Of a stretch of DNA of 64,000 nt, positions 27,126-39,242 are shown in pieces. The stretch is taken from contig CM097882.1 of the NCBI GenBank assembly GCA_044892505.1, positions 213,218,001 to 213,282,000 of the forward strand. Reading direction: 5' to 3'. The stretch's first letter is position 1. Each line of letters opens with the position of its first letter. This stretch comes from Schmidtea nova (taxonomy: Eukaryota). The position numbers and the translations under genes are program-made. A model generated the notes under the pieces. The model searched no databases. It was given only the letters and a program-made list of their open reading frames with translations, and had not been told where the DNA came from.

Positions 27126-29768
27126 TAAACTAATCATAAGGTATAACATTTATGTTAACAGCAAGGGAACCAATATCAGCTCAGTCTCAAATTTGGATCA
27201 ATTTCCTGAGTAGCCTTAATATTTTGTTAGAATATGGCAAATGCGAATTACATTCAAATTCTGATATTTTATCTGAAAAATGTTTAATATTTTTTTTAAT
27301 TACATGACAAACATTTTTTATTTTTAATATTTTTCCAATTTAATATAATGTATTTAATTATTTATATTAATTTTTGTCTTTTTGGGGGAAATTTTACTTC
27401 TGATCTCAAAATCTTTTTATCAAATGAATCTTCTAATTCATTTTACATAAAAGATCTTTTAAAATCTTCTTCACGTAGCCTATTTCTTATAATATTATTG
27501 ATAACATTTTCTATTTCTTGGAAAAATTCAATTTTAAATTCTAACATAAAGTAGAATTTAAATCAATTACTAAATTAGCCGTTTTCATGAATACTGATTG
27601 TAATATACTTTTATAATTTTCTACGGTTTGTTGTCTTTTAATACCTTAATAGATATCTCACCATTTTTTAGTCTTATGATTTAATTCGAAGAACTTTTTT
27701 CACTTTTTCCAAAAATCTTTCTTTTATCGTCTCCGATTTAAAAAGTTTTGACGCCAAATTAAAGTTATCGATATTATTTTTACTCATAAACAATACAAAG
27801 TTTTTAAAGTTCTTTTATCAAAATAACAACTTTTTAAACAAAAAGAATTTCACATATTTACTGATATTTATTTAATTTAATATTTAACTATTTACAAAAT
27901 AACTATATCTAAACGTGTTGTTAAATTTATCTCATATGTCACATATTTGAGGATTTCCGCTTAAATAGAGAGTAAATTGATATAATAAAAAATTACGTTA
28001 CTATGGCTCATCATCAACAACTAAAACATAAAACATAATTTAACCATCTTGTTGTCCGCTACAATGTAACGTTGGTAATGCAACAAATGGGTGGACATCA
28101 AAAAATTGATTGACTGAATAACGCAGTGAGTTCAAAGGCGACCGATAGAAGGTGATTTGTCTGTTTTTAGTCCCTTAGCATATCATAACTATGTTTTATT
28201 TATGGACCGATTTAACTTTAACACATTTATAACTCAATTATATTAAACGCTGTGAAATTTGGTGTTTCCTTTTCCCGAGCACCATTTATACATCAAAATT
28301 AATAGGCTTGATACATGAATTTAAATTAAATATTCAAGATAAAAATAAGGTAAAATGGGAATTAAGAAAGCAATATAAAAAATACGAAAATTAAAACAAA
28401 ATATTATATTAAGATTTTTGCTATAAATAAATGTTATTATAGCCTTTTAGGCAGATAAATTTTGCTTTTAACGTGTAGACAACGCAAATACTTGGTTTAA
28501 ACCCAAATCCATATTATATACAGATAATAAACGCATAACACAAAACAAAGCTTTACAATCATTGTTAACATAAGTCAAATCTTTGCAAGATTTTCGGAAA
28601 ATCAGTTCCCACTTTCCGCTTAGCGTTTTCGCGGTTGAGTTTGAGGCGAGTATAGTCGAATTTACGGTGTCTTAAAAATAAATTGACATAAAATTTCAAT
28701 CATTAAGATACTGAATCTTTAAGAAAGATAAATAAGTTCAATTTTTTCAACCCGTCGCATCTGTTTATTCGGCGAAAAAAACTACAAACAATAGAAATTT
28801 TTATAGCCTGCATTTGTGATGACTCATTTCTTAACGAAGTGTGGGTTAAATAATTCAACATTATGGAAAAACCTAATTTCACTATAATAATATAAGTTAT
28901 GTTTTCGTCAAAATCGATTTTCAGGTTCTTTTCCTTGGATTTTCCATTTTCACAGCTAATTTAGGGTTATTACGATAAATATCGGTAGATGAAATTTTAT
29001 TTTATTTTGAAAATTTCAGATTTTTGCGTCAAATTTGTCGAAAAACATAAAGTAGTCGAGTTAAAAAAACACGAAATTCTTGTTTATGATTGCATTTCAA
29101 GCGTCGTTCGGATATTTACGTTTTTAATATTTCGTTTAACCGACTTCAACCGTTTTCCACTGATATTTGAATATACATTATCAAGAAATTATTCAAAAAT
29201 TGCGTTTATTATTAGTGCAATAAATTGATCTTTCCTTGTACGATATTTAACTTTAGTCGGTAAATTTCAGTATTTGCGGTTCGATTTGAGTACATTTTCG
29301 TAAATAAAGAATGTTTTTGTGTTTTTGATGAGAGTTTATAGAAATGTCATTAGTTCCATGATCATAGGTTCAATAACTGTGATGCATTTGTGAGTAGCAA
29401 GTAAATTTTATCCGCAATATTATAAATTCAGATAAAATAATATGATAATAATAGTTTTAAATTTTTGTCTTCGAATAAATAACTAAATTCTAAATAAAAT
29501 TCAATAAGAGTTTTGACATAACATTACTTTGAAAATACCTTACCCTTGGCCAAGCCACTACTCTTCATATAGCCAAGTATGAGATAAAGTGAGCCTGAAT
29601 GTGTAGGCCCAACCTAGATGGAAATTTGGGCCAGATAGCTGAACGAATTCCAACTGACTAGCAATCCACCTAGGAGAATGATTTCGGTACAACATAATTA
29701 TTGGACCATCATCAGAACATATGGAAGATTTATTATAATAATAAAAAATAGATAAATTTATATTTTAA

Positions 29769-29840
29769 CCCTTTGAACCCTGAGGCGTTCATTATACAAG
29801 CTAAATCAGGCCGGTTTACCGGTCTATAGGGTTCAAAGGA
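29769..29840. mobile_element. 72-bp piggyBac-type micro-MITE
   Basis: TTAA|CCCTTTGAACCCT...AGGGTTCAAAGGA|TTAA. Confidence 0.75.
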
Positions 29841-30197
29841 TTAAATATATTAGTTTATTAGGGTGGGAAAATATCGACAGAGATGTAATAATAAAAGAAA
29901 TTTAGCTAAAGATACTCGCTTATGCTAAAATAAAAAAAGTAAATAAAACAAGCAAAAATTAAAATATAATGTTTTATGTAAAAGTTCACACAAGTATTAA
30001 CAATTGAAATCTTTTTGACAAATATACTCGAAGAATATTAAAATAATGAATAACATGGAATTATCGGGTCTTGATACAAATTATCCAATTCATATTCCTG
30101 AAAGCATCCTTACATAGTATCTCCGGTTTTTTCGCCGCGACAATTTAGTTCAATTTCCTTCTGTAGATCTCTAACTTCGTGTGAAGACCGCCGGATT

Positions 30198-30203
<6 letters not shown>

Positions 30204-30284
<81 letters not shown>
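30204..30284. repeat. (TA)n microsatellite, about 40 units
   Basis: Direct read. Confidence 0.95.
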
Positions 30285-30293
<9 letters not shown>

Positions 30294-30815
30294 TTTTTAA
30301 CCTGTAGACTTGATGTGCTTTCGTTCAGTTTAATTTTTAAACGTGTTTTATTTAATTTTTCTCTGTTCTGTTATTATTTTGTTTAATTAGTGTTTTTCAT
30401 CATAGATTTTAAATTCTCTTCTTGCGCGCTCTCTACATGTTGTGTTACCGCTTTAGTAAAACAAATTCCAGTTTTTGCCCTACAGCATTATATAAAAATC
30501 GTTGCTGATAAGATTTTTAAATCCTAAAATTTAGGTGCAGAATGCTATGATAGCGTGTATTTTGAAAATTTTAAAATAGTTTGTCTGTTAAAATGTGTAT
30601 TGTTGTATTTATTAAATTGAATGATGAAATTAGTTTTGGTGAAATTTTTTAGAAATTTTAAATAAAATTATAATTAATAATTATATATAATAATTAATCA
30701 TTTTAAAATTAATTTGGTTTGATTCTTAATAAATTAAAATTATATTTTAAAATAATATTTAAGAAAGTTAACATCTTTATCTAATTATATTTTATAATTT
30801 GTTTATTTAACTTGA

Positions 30816-30871
30816 TTTTACCTGAAGATCGCAGGGAGTCTGTCGAAATATATAGTTCATATGTTGTATAA
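30816..30871 (+). ncRNA. Degenerate type I hammerhead ribozyme candidate
   Basis: CTGAAGA-T-stem II-GAAA core; 6-bp stem III; GTT cleavage triplet; stem I pairs 5 of 6; stem II closing pair is C-C. Confidence 0.45.
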
Positions 30872-31238
30872 ATGGCGTTTTACAATAAAATAATCGTTGC
30901 CATGCTTGTTTAAGTGTATATTAATATTTATTAATTTTTTTTAAACATTATTGTAAAATAAATCATAATTATCTTTTGGTTTCACCATTGGTTTCACCAT
31001 TGTTTTTTTTATTTTTAATTCAATAATTTTCATATTAATTTTTTTAATACTAGAACAAAGTTTTTTTTATTGTTAAGTACCCTATATTTCGGCACAGCCT
31101 TTATTAAGTATGTGTCGAAATATCGTGTACCTAACAATCAAAATAAATATTTTGATCTAGTTTTACAAAGATTATTATGAAAATTATTGCAGTAATATTA
31201 ATCATCTAAAATATTGTTATTTTCTATTTAACATTTAG

Positions 31239-31643
31239 TAAATGTTGCCTATTTTGGTTATGCATATCAGAGTACAACTCTAAGTAACTACATATCATTA
31301 TTATCGGTTGATGGTCGCTATAAAGATGGAAAACATACTTGTTCCGTAACCCAAAATGATTATAATCAGTGGTGGGAAATTAAACTAACTGATCGGTTTT
31401 TTATTACTGCCATAGTTATCGTTAGCAAATCTACAAACGAAGCGAATTACAATCATATTAATATAGAAATAAGAAATAATTTTGTTCCATATATATATTC
31501 AGAATTTTGCGTCAAAAATGTTCTGTGGATAAGTTCCGATGATCCACGATTTTTCACTTGTAATAAATGGGGTCAAATAATAAGGATCTTTGTTGTTGAT
31601 CCTATGCCAATTTCTCTTATTCTATGCGAGGTGGAAATTTACA
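31239..31643 (+). CDS. F-type lectin (fucolectin/FTP) domain exon (phase 1-1, 405 nt; absent from the ORF track)
   Basis: Open frame NVAYFGYAYQSTT...VDG...TCSVTQND..QWWEIKL...C...C..WGQ...LILCEVEIY; acceptor TTTAG|, donor A|GTATG. Confidence 0.88.
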
Positions 31644-32137
31644 GTATGCCTTTAATGATTCCCAATACTTATTTTTTTAGATTTTTATTATTTTAAAGTG
31701 TTAAATTTTAATGGAAAATATGTTTATAGTATGTATGTACAAAGACGCTCTGAATATGGGCTACATATTAGACTCATAAAGTTTCCGAGAGGTTGATTAG
31801 GTTTTTGGTTGCCTTTTCTACATGAAAATAATAATATTCCATCTAGCAGACTGCAGTGAGCTACAATACTTATTATATATTTAAGTTATAGTTTGTTGTC
31901 CGAATTATGGCCACTTAATTAAAATGCTATTTTACAATTATATTTGAATAATGATAACATTTATAAATTTAAAAAATCAAAAATATTTATCACCATTAAA
32001 TTAATTTTTATTAAAATTACAAATTCCTTATTAATATAGATAAAATTATTTAAATCTATAATCTAGGACCTAGATTCTAGGTTTTCACATTAAATAGTAT
32101 GACCCTTCCATTTAATAGTAAGTGTTATTTATTTAAG

Positions 32138-32554
32138 TAAGGTTGCCAGATTTTTACCACGACCAACCGGGACAACATCAAATATTTTAATATAGTAGAA
32201 AAAGTTTCAAAATTTATTTTTAAAAAAAGGTTAACAATTCATTAATAAAAAAGAGATTAATAAAAACCCATAAAATAAATAACATAGGAACATAAAAAAT
32301 TCTAAATTAAATAGTAGTATATAATAAATTCCGTAAACTTAAAAACACTTCGAACTATTAATACAAAAATTTAATCTAATCATATTTTCTGTTAGATCTT
32401 GCATCCTTGAAAAGCTACTTATTTTAAAACAGTCATATATTTCGCTGCAATTGAAGTCAAAATTGACGATACACTATAAGATACCTTCGACTGTTTCTGG
32501 CAGTAATCGATTTCGTTTGTCTGTCCACTGAATTTCCATTAGTGAAAAGATCCG

Positions 32555-32591
<37 letters not shown>

Positions 32592-32725
32592 TATTCATAT
32601 TCATATTCATATTCTACATATATATTCGCATAATTTGATAAAAAATTTAATCGGGACGAATAAGCGAAAACATCTTTCGGGACACCGGGACATTGACCTG
32701 AAAACCGGGACGTCTGGCAACCCTA
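32138..32725 (-). mobile_element. Non-autonomous hAT derivative
   Basis: Termini TA(A/G)GGTTGCCAGA; CCGGGAC subterminal repeats; minus-strand WTDKRNRLLPETVEGIL; flanks ATTTAA(G/C)T. Confidence 0.75.
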
Positions 32726-33971
32726 ATTTAACTTAAAATCTAATTTATATTTTAGATAAACTATAATACAAAATATCTGAAATGATTATATAAGTAGTCA
32801 AACAACGAAGGATAAAGCATATTTTTATTGTACTATATAATATAATCATAATATAGTAACCATTAGTTACTAATAAACAAAATGTTTATGGAAAATTTAG
32901 TTGTATTTATAGTATTTAATTTCCGTGATTCGTAATCATGCTAAAAAAAATTTCAAGTCAAAATTTCAATACTTTTTTGTTGATTGTTGGTAAACAAACA
33001 AATAAACAAAATGAAAAATAACAAGATTAATTTTGAGGATTACGCCAAAGTAGACATGGTTGACAATAACAGCCTTAGTAACATAGTTAAAGTTGTGTTG
33101 AATTGTCTAATATTGGTCTACGAATCGAAAAAAACAAACTTTACTTTCAGAACTTTGTGGAAACGTTTATTTATTTTTTAAGTTAATTTTTTAAAGAATT
33201 CCTGGAAATAAATTTATTGATATGAAATTAGTAACTTTTGAGTACGAAGTTGATTGTAAAATGATAATATTACATTTAAAATATTGTCTTTTTTGGTACT
33301 TTTCTTGAGCACCTGAGCAATGATTAAATTTGGTTTCAGATCTTTAATAATTTATAGGGTTTCATTACGAAGGCAATGTTTCGGTTTCAAATATTTTAGA
33401 AAAAAACAATGTTTTAAATAATTAATTTGAGTTTATGAAACGTCACGACTGAAGAAGTTTATTTCTTAAGGAATTCGTTTGGATCAGATCAAATAAACTC
33501 ATATCAATGATTGCTGATTGATTGTAATTCATAATTGCGATGAATGTTTTCATAAGATCTTCTCCGGGTAGCCAAAGGTTATCATCGAAGTGTTTAATAT
33601 TTCTCATAATTTCTTTTGAATGTTTGTCGACTGCATTTAGAGCAAAACTTGTCTGTAACCAATATAATAAGTGGTGATTTCTGGGTGTGCGCATTGTCTT
33701 TTTTATTGTCAGCGTCTGTGTGCGCATTGCTTTTTTTGGTTGTCAGCGTCTGTGTGCGCTCTTGTGATGAAGACAAGCTCGCGTCTGTGTGCGCTTTGGT
33801 AGGAAATAGTTTTATGGAAATTTAACTTGATTTTTTGATTTTTTTTCTAGAAGGGTTTTTGTTTAATTAATCGAGGCATTAGGAACAATGGAGTTTTTTG
33901 AATTGCTTTTTGATTTGAATAATTCAATGGAATTGGATTTTTTGGGAATTTAAAATTTGATTGAATGCGTT

Positions 33972-34679
33972 ATGATGATTGTTACATTGAGGGCTGTTCA
34001 ACAGAGATCTTTCGGTGTCGAAGTTGACGATGATGATGCGGTTTTGGCATTGAAAGAGAAAATTGAAAAATGTGAGGGCAAAATTATGGACGATGATAAA
34101 CTTTTAAAGGAATATAAATTAACGGAAAAACATTTCAAATCGACTCCTTGACTTCCAGTTTCAACAATTGCAACGATTGTAAATGAAGATAAAACATTTC
34201 TGATTCTTTATTACCGACATTTGTATGCTTATGGTTCCAATTCAATTTCATTTAAGGATGGACTTGCTTCTTATTATAATTATTTTCTACCTGAACAATG
34301 GCTGTGGCATATTATCGATGAATTCATTTACCAGTATCAATCATTTTGCCATCACCGTAACGAATTGGCATTCCGGCAAGATCTAAATGAGGAATTAGAG
34401 AAATCTGATTGGACTATTCGCGCAGTTTTGAATATTCTTTATTCATTTGGTGGAAAATCCAATATAAATCAGCAGATGCAGGCTTATGCAAGCAACGGAA
34501 GCAGCCACAACGAACTCTATCCTGATAAAATCCAAGCGTTTTCTGGCGGTAACGATGTCATAGTTCGATTTGACGATTGTCCCGAAGTCCTCTCGAAAGT
34601 CCATTTGAATGTTATTTATTTAGTTACGGAAACGAATAAAAATTATTATTTGGCCTTTCATTTGATGATTAAACAATAA
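33972..34679 (+). pseudogene. In-frame chimera of RAD23 UBL fragment, eIF3L fragment and shared tail, with one internal TGA
   Basis: MMIVTLRAVQQRSFGVEV...ALKEKIEK..GKIMDDDKLLKEYK (RAD23 UBL), then LTEKHFKSTP*...FLILY.YRHLYA...SYYNY.LPEQWLWHIIDEFIYQYQSF...VLNIL...KSNINQQ (eIF3L). ORFs 33957 and 34221 are in the same frame. Confidence 0.8.
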
Positions 34680-34899
34680 GTTTGGCTATCTGAGATGATT
34701 CTGTGTCAGGAGATTTCATTCTTGCAAAGAATTTTGAAGTTACCAAAATTGGTACAGAAAATTAAGGTTTGGAATGATAATTTATGTCTCCATCGATAAA
34801 ATTGAATCCTTTAGGAGAGGCATAAAGCCAGTGCTTGATTCCTTTTCAATATTACTTAACAATGTCTATATAAACTGATATTTATTGCACTATCTAAAC

Positions 34900-35150
34900 C
34901 ACAGGTTCCCAGCCTTTTTTGCCTTACCGTGACCTTTTCACTAATTTCCAAGCGGAATAATTTTGTTTAAAAAATATACCTTCGATGACATTTAGTATTA
35001 ATCAAACATTTTAGAGGGTTCTTTCGAGTTCTGCCCAAGGGTTGGTGATTGGTCCTCAATTCTCTTTAAATTTATTTTGAACCAAAAAAGCTTCTTTGGA
35101 TCTCTTCAACGCCAACCGATGGGTGGTACTGCTCCTGTTGGGTATATATG
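34900..35150. mobile_element. hAT (Charlie-like) MITE
   Basis: 8-bp TSD (A/G)TCTAAAC; left end CACAGGTTCCCAGCC; degraded right TIR. Confidence 0.55.
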
Positions 35151-35249
35151 GTCTAAACCAGTGGAGAGCAACCCAAATACAAAAAATATAATTAAAACTA
35201 TTGAACATTAGGCGTACCATCAGAAAAAAACAAAAACCAAATGTGATAA

Positions 35250-36303
35250 AATTCTATGTGCTTTTAAAGAAGTCGTCTGATGAAATATTTCGTGATATGG
35301 AAATTGCATATGGCAACAAATGTCCTTCTAGATCCAAAATATATCGTTGATATCATTATTCAAGCATGGCCATGAAAGTGTTCACCAGGATTTTCCAATG
35401 TTGGCAGACCAACTGAAATTTCCGATAAAAAAATTACTCAATGTGAGGCGATTATTCGAGCTGAAAGACGAATTAAAGTGACTGAAATTGCAGAATTACC
35501 TAAAGTAAGTGTTGGTAATTGTCACAATATCATTAGGAAATTAGGCTATCGCAAATTATGCTCACGATTGGTTCCAAAGTTTCTGTATCCTGACAAGAAG
35601 GAAATGCGCCTCAACAACACATTATCAAATTTGCAACTGTTGAATTAGTATGATGATGCTTTTATTAATAATAGTGTTACTGAGGACGAGACATATCTTT
35701 CATTATACTTACCTGAAACCAAACGGGAACCATCTGAATTGAGACATGCAAAAGAAAGACCTCCTCTGAAGATGAGATGTGGAACCTCAAATCGAAAACA
35801 ACTGATGCTCTCAGTGTTTTGGGACAAAAGTGGAGTCATTCACCTAGACTAATGCAAAGTTACGGAAATCAAAAAATGTTCCACTTATGCTCCTTGCTGA
35901 TAATGCTCCTGTCCATGCAAGCAATGTTTCACGATATTCAACAAAAAAGAGTGGTTTTAGACTTCTCCAACACCCACCTTACAGCCCAGACCTTTCTCCG
36001 AGCGACTTCATTTTGTTCAAGCACCTGAAGAAAGCATTACGTGGACATCATTTTGAGACATCAGATGCACTCCAGCAATTTGTTGAACAGTGGTTTGCAC
36101 AGCTTCCTGGATATGTTTTGCTGATGCATTTCAAGATTTGGTTATTCGATGAAATAAGCTGGTTGCTGCCAATGGTAGTTATAAAGAAAAATAAGTAAAT
36201 ATATTTTTCGAACTAGTATTTGATGTAGTTTAATAAAAGCTGTTTCAGTTTTTTGTGTTGTGTTTCTTTCTTAGTTAGTCCGAGGTATTATTGAACGAAC
36301 TAC
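35250..36303 (+). mobile_element. Degenerate mariner, left TIR not found
   Basis: LVPK, DNAPVH and HPPYSPDLSPSDFILF motifs; right end resembles the TIR of the 22437 element. Confidence 0.8.
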
Positions 36304-36961
36304 ATATTTATTATTTTGATAATAGAACAAAAAAGAAGAAAATGTTGTTGAATTTGAAAAAGTGGAATAATTCATGTTTTTATAATTTTGAGACAATTGA
36401 AAATTTGTCTTTTCATTTTATGAAAAACACCTATAAATATTTTGTCAAAAGTTTTTGTATTTATCATTTTAGTGTAGTGATTTTCTTTATCAGCAACAGA
36501 TGTGCTGAAAAGATTCCGACGTCGAATTATGCGATCGTTGAAATATCAACGCCAGCAATTATAGCTTCATTGAAGGCTTTATCTTCTAATTTGTTAATTG
36601 AAGAAATCTTTAATATCAAAAATTTTAAGGTATTGATGACTAGCGTGGACATTATCGAAACTGTGAAAGTTCATATTAAGGCATCAAAATTTGAGATGTT
36701 TGTAAATTTTAAAAGTCATTGCATAAATATATTTTATTTCAAAAAAACAAAACCAAATTATAATATTTAAACAAAGTTGTTTTTAATCTGTTGTAATCGC
36801 ATAGTTATTTCTTTAATTTGAATTCATTTTTAAAATAATTAATTAATTAATTTTTTAACGATTTTGTGGATCTGTGCTCACAAAACAATTATTTTACCTT
36901 ATTTAATTCTTTTCCATAGACTGATTTGAAAGTAAACTATTCTTTTAGGCAAATTTTAGAC

Positions 36962-38316
36962 TGTTATAATCAAAAAAAAATTTTGTTTAACTGCATTGAA
37001 AACTAAATGTATACAAAATGAAACAAATTCAAAGCGCATGATAGAGCGTTAAGCAGTAAAATAACACAAAAAATTATAAAATACTAAAGTACAAATAGTA
37101 GTCATACGAGCCGCATTTCATAAGTGGGTCGAGATAAGGTTAAAATAATAGTAAAAAGGCAACTCATAAGAGAGCACAATATTTGAGTGCAGGTCGAATA
37201 TACATACGACGAACCGCACGAAAATTGAATGTGGAAAATCATTGCCTGTATATTGAATACAAAAGGCACGATCAAAGAATAAAATCAGTATTAGAATAAA
37301 GAGAACAACTTATTAAAAATCGTAGAAAACATTTCCATTGAAATATCGTTAAAATAACAGAAATAAGAATAGAAATGAAATGAAATTTGATTGTTTTAAT
37401 CAATTAGTTAACACGCTCAAAGATTGGATACACACATAATTCCAAGTGAAGTAAAAATTAATATTTGAAAATTAAATAAATAATTAAATTATTGAAATAA
37501 TGATTTAAAGGTTAAAATAAATATATAAATTAAATTAAATTACACGTATTTCAATTAAATGAATAGAATGTGTAGACGTAATTTAGAATTAGTATAAATA
37601 GACGCTGAAAAATCATATTTTAACCACTTTTGCAAAAAAAACATTTTATTTTTACGAGAAACTACCAACCAGCCACAGGTCATTAAATTTAGCCACTCTA
37701 ACGGAACAGTTTGTGAATTTCAAACAGAAACTAATAAGTATGATTTTGTGTTTTGGGTTCTGTAGTATATAATTTTTGTTGTAATTATTAGGTTTTGGTA
37801 ATAAATATTTGAAGTAATAATTAGTGTTTTGCTCTGTTTTAATTTGATTTTCCTGATTAAAATGATTTATGATGGGCTCTATTAGTTCACTAACCACATT
37901 GTCCCTGATCGGCTAGAAGTGCTTAGATCGAAGAGTCAGTTAAAGTCTTCTTATCATAGTCTTATTAAATTATATAGGATGGCAAAGGGAAAAGGAAAGT
38001 AAAGGGGTGTTATTTAGATGTATTTTGGGGATAAACAAGCGTTGATCTGAAATAGGATAGAGTGATATTAAGCTAGGAATTAATCATATGACAGGACCGA
38101 AAAATAAATATGTGCATAAGTATTTCTATTGGCCATGGTAACCCGAAAGAGTGAATATAGTGAGGAATAGTTTTAGCAACAAATCTCACCTGCTCACTAA
38201 GTTCTCGCCACTATGTGCATTACCAACATAGTACGAAGGAGTAGCTATAGGTACACGAGTGAGACAATTAACATGTATGATACAGTGTGGGCTGTAGTAA
38301 TCACTAGAGGCCAACA
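36962..38316 (+). mobile_element. Long solo-LTR-like repeat, family B copy 2
   Basis: Homologous to 7106-8215 and 50680-52443; ends GCCAACA; TSD not matched. Confidence 0.6.
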
Positions 38317-38727
38317 ATAACTTCGTAAAAGCCCAAACCACCAACAAAATATATAACATTAACTGAACTTTTTGAAAAGTTTTACTTATTCCATTTTCAA
38401 AATAAAGGTTCAACTAATTGTGTTTATTATAAATATTTATATTGCTATATATCTGTTATGCATTTCTTTTGGAAACTTTTCATAATCGGAAATTTTTAAA
38501 AAGAATGCAACCCAAATCTTTAGTGTAAACAATGATTTTTTCAAGAAATCCAACATGACCGCTATAAACGAAATGCTTTCATGTTTAAATAATAAATAAA
38601 ATAACTATATATTATAAAGAGAGTATACGCATTTGACTGCTGGAGTATTTCTGTGTTTATTGCAATAATCAAAATATTAATATTAATAATATATGAAAAC
38701 CTTACAAATTGCTGTATATTCTCGCAG

Positions 38728-39081
38728 CTCTATCAAGTACTGAAGAATGCTATAACTATGATTCTCTGAGAATGGATTATCAAGGATCATTGCAATACAG
38801 TAAAGCATCTTCAACAAAGTGTTCTCCGTGGAAAAACTTTATCAAATATTATTATGAAAAAGAGAAAATAATTTTTTTCCCCGAAGGTATGTTGAATAAG
38901 GAACAGTTTCAGTGGAGTGTCAGTGGGATATATGAAACATACATTGATACTCTATCAAATTTACTACAAAACCATTGTCGGTACATCCGATTTTCAGCCT
39001 CTAAGTTTTATCCAAACAGTCTTGTTTGTTCAAATGATGATAAAAAATTAATTCCATGTGAAAATCTACCAACATGTAGCG
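38728..39081 (+). CDS. Kringle-domain exon 2 (phase 1-1, 354 nt; long C2-C3 loop)
   Basis: ECY..DYQG...KCSPW...NHCR...VCS...PCENLPTC; acceptor CGCAG|, donor G|GTAAGA. Confidence 0.85.
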
Positions 39082-39132
39082 GTAAGAATAGTAAATCTCT
39101 AAATTAATTTCAAAATTAAATAAAAAATTCAG

Positions 39133-39242
39133 ACAAAAATAAACTCAACACTTGCATGTTTGATTCGTTAGGAGAGAAATATCGTGGGAACGTCAACATC
39201 ACCCAAACCGGTAAATTCTGCATTCCGTGGTCGAAATTTCAG
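39133..39242 (+). CDS. Kringle 3, first half (phase 1-0)
   Basis: 51-nt intron from the previous exon; TCMFDSLGEKYRGNVNITQTGKFCIPWSKFQ; donor CAG|GCAATT. Confidence 0.85.

Larger units (their letters stand above)
23790..27290 (+). mobile_element. Degenerate Ty3/Gypsy RT-RNase H remnant hosting two nested insertions
   Basis: SPWNSPIV, KFLGHVINHEGI | KTDPKK...FRSFLELANYYRKFIKNYS, FILNTDAS, HFKHYLYG | TNHK, QIWINFLSSLNILLEYGK..HSNSDILS. Confidence 0.8.

Noticed and set aside
29682-29715. Minus-strand hammerhead (CTGATGA...GAAA)
   Set aside because: Core and stem II are present, but stems I and III could not be paired convincingly.
36291-36770. 159-aa ORF as a gene
   Set aside because: Non-ATG start, AT-driven composition, no recognisable motif.
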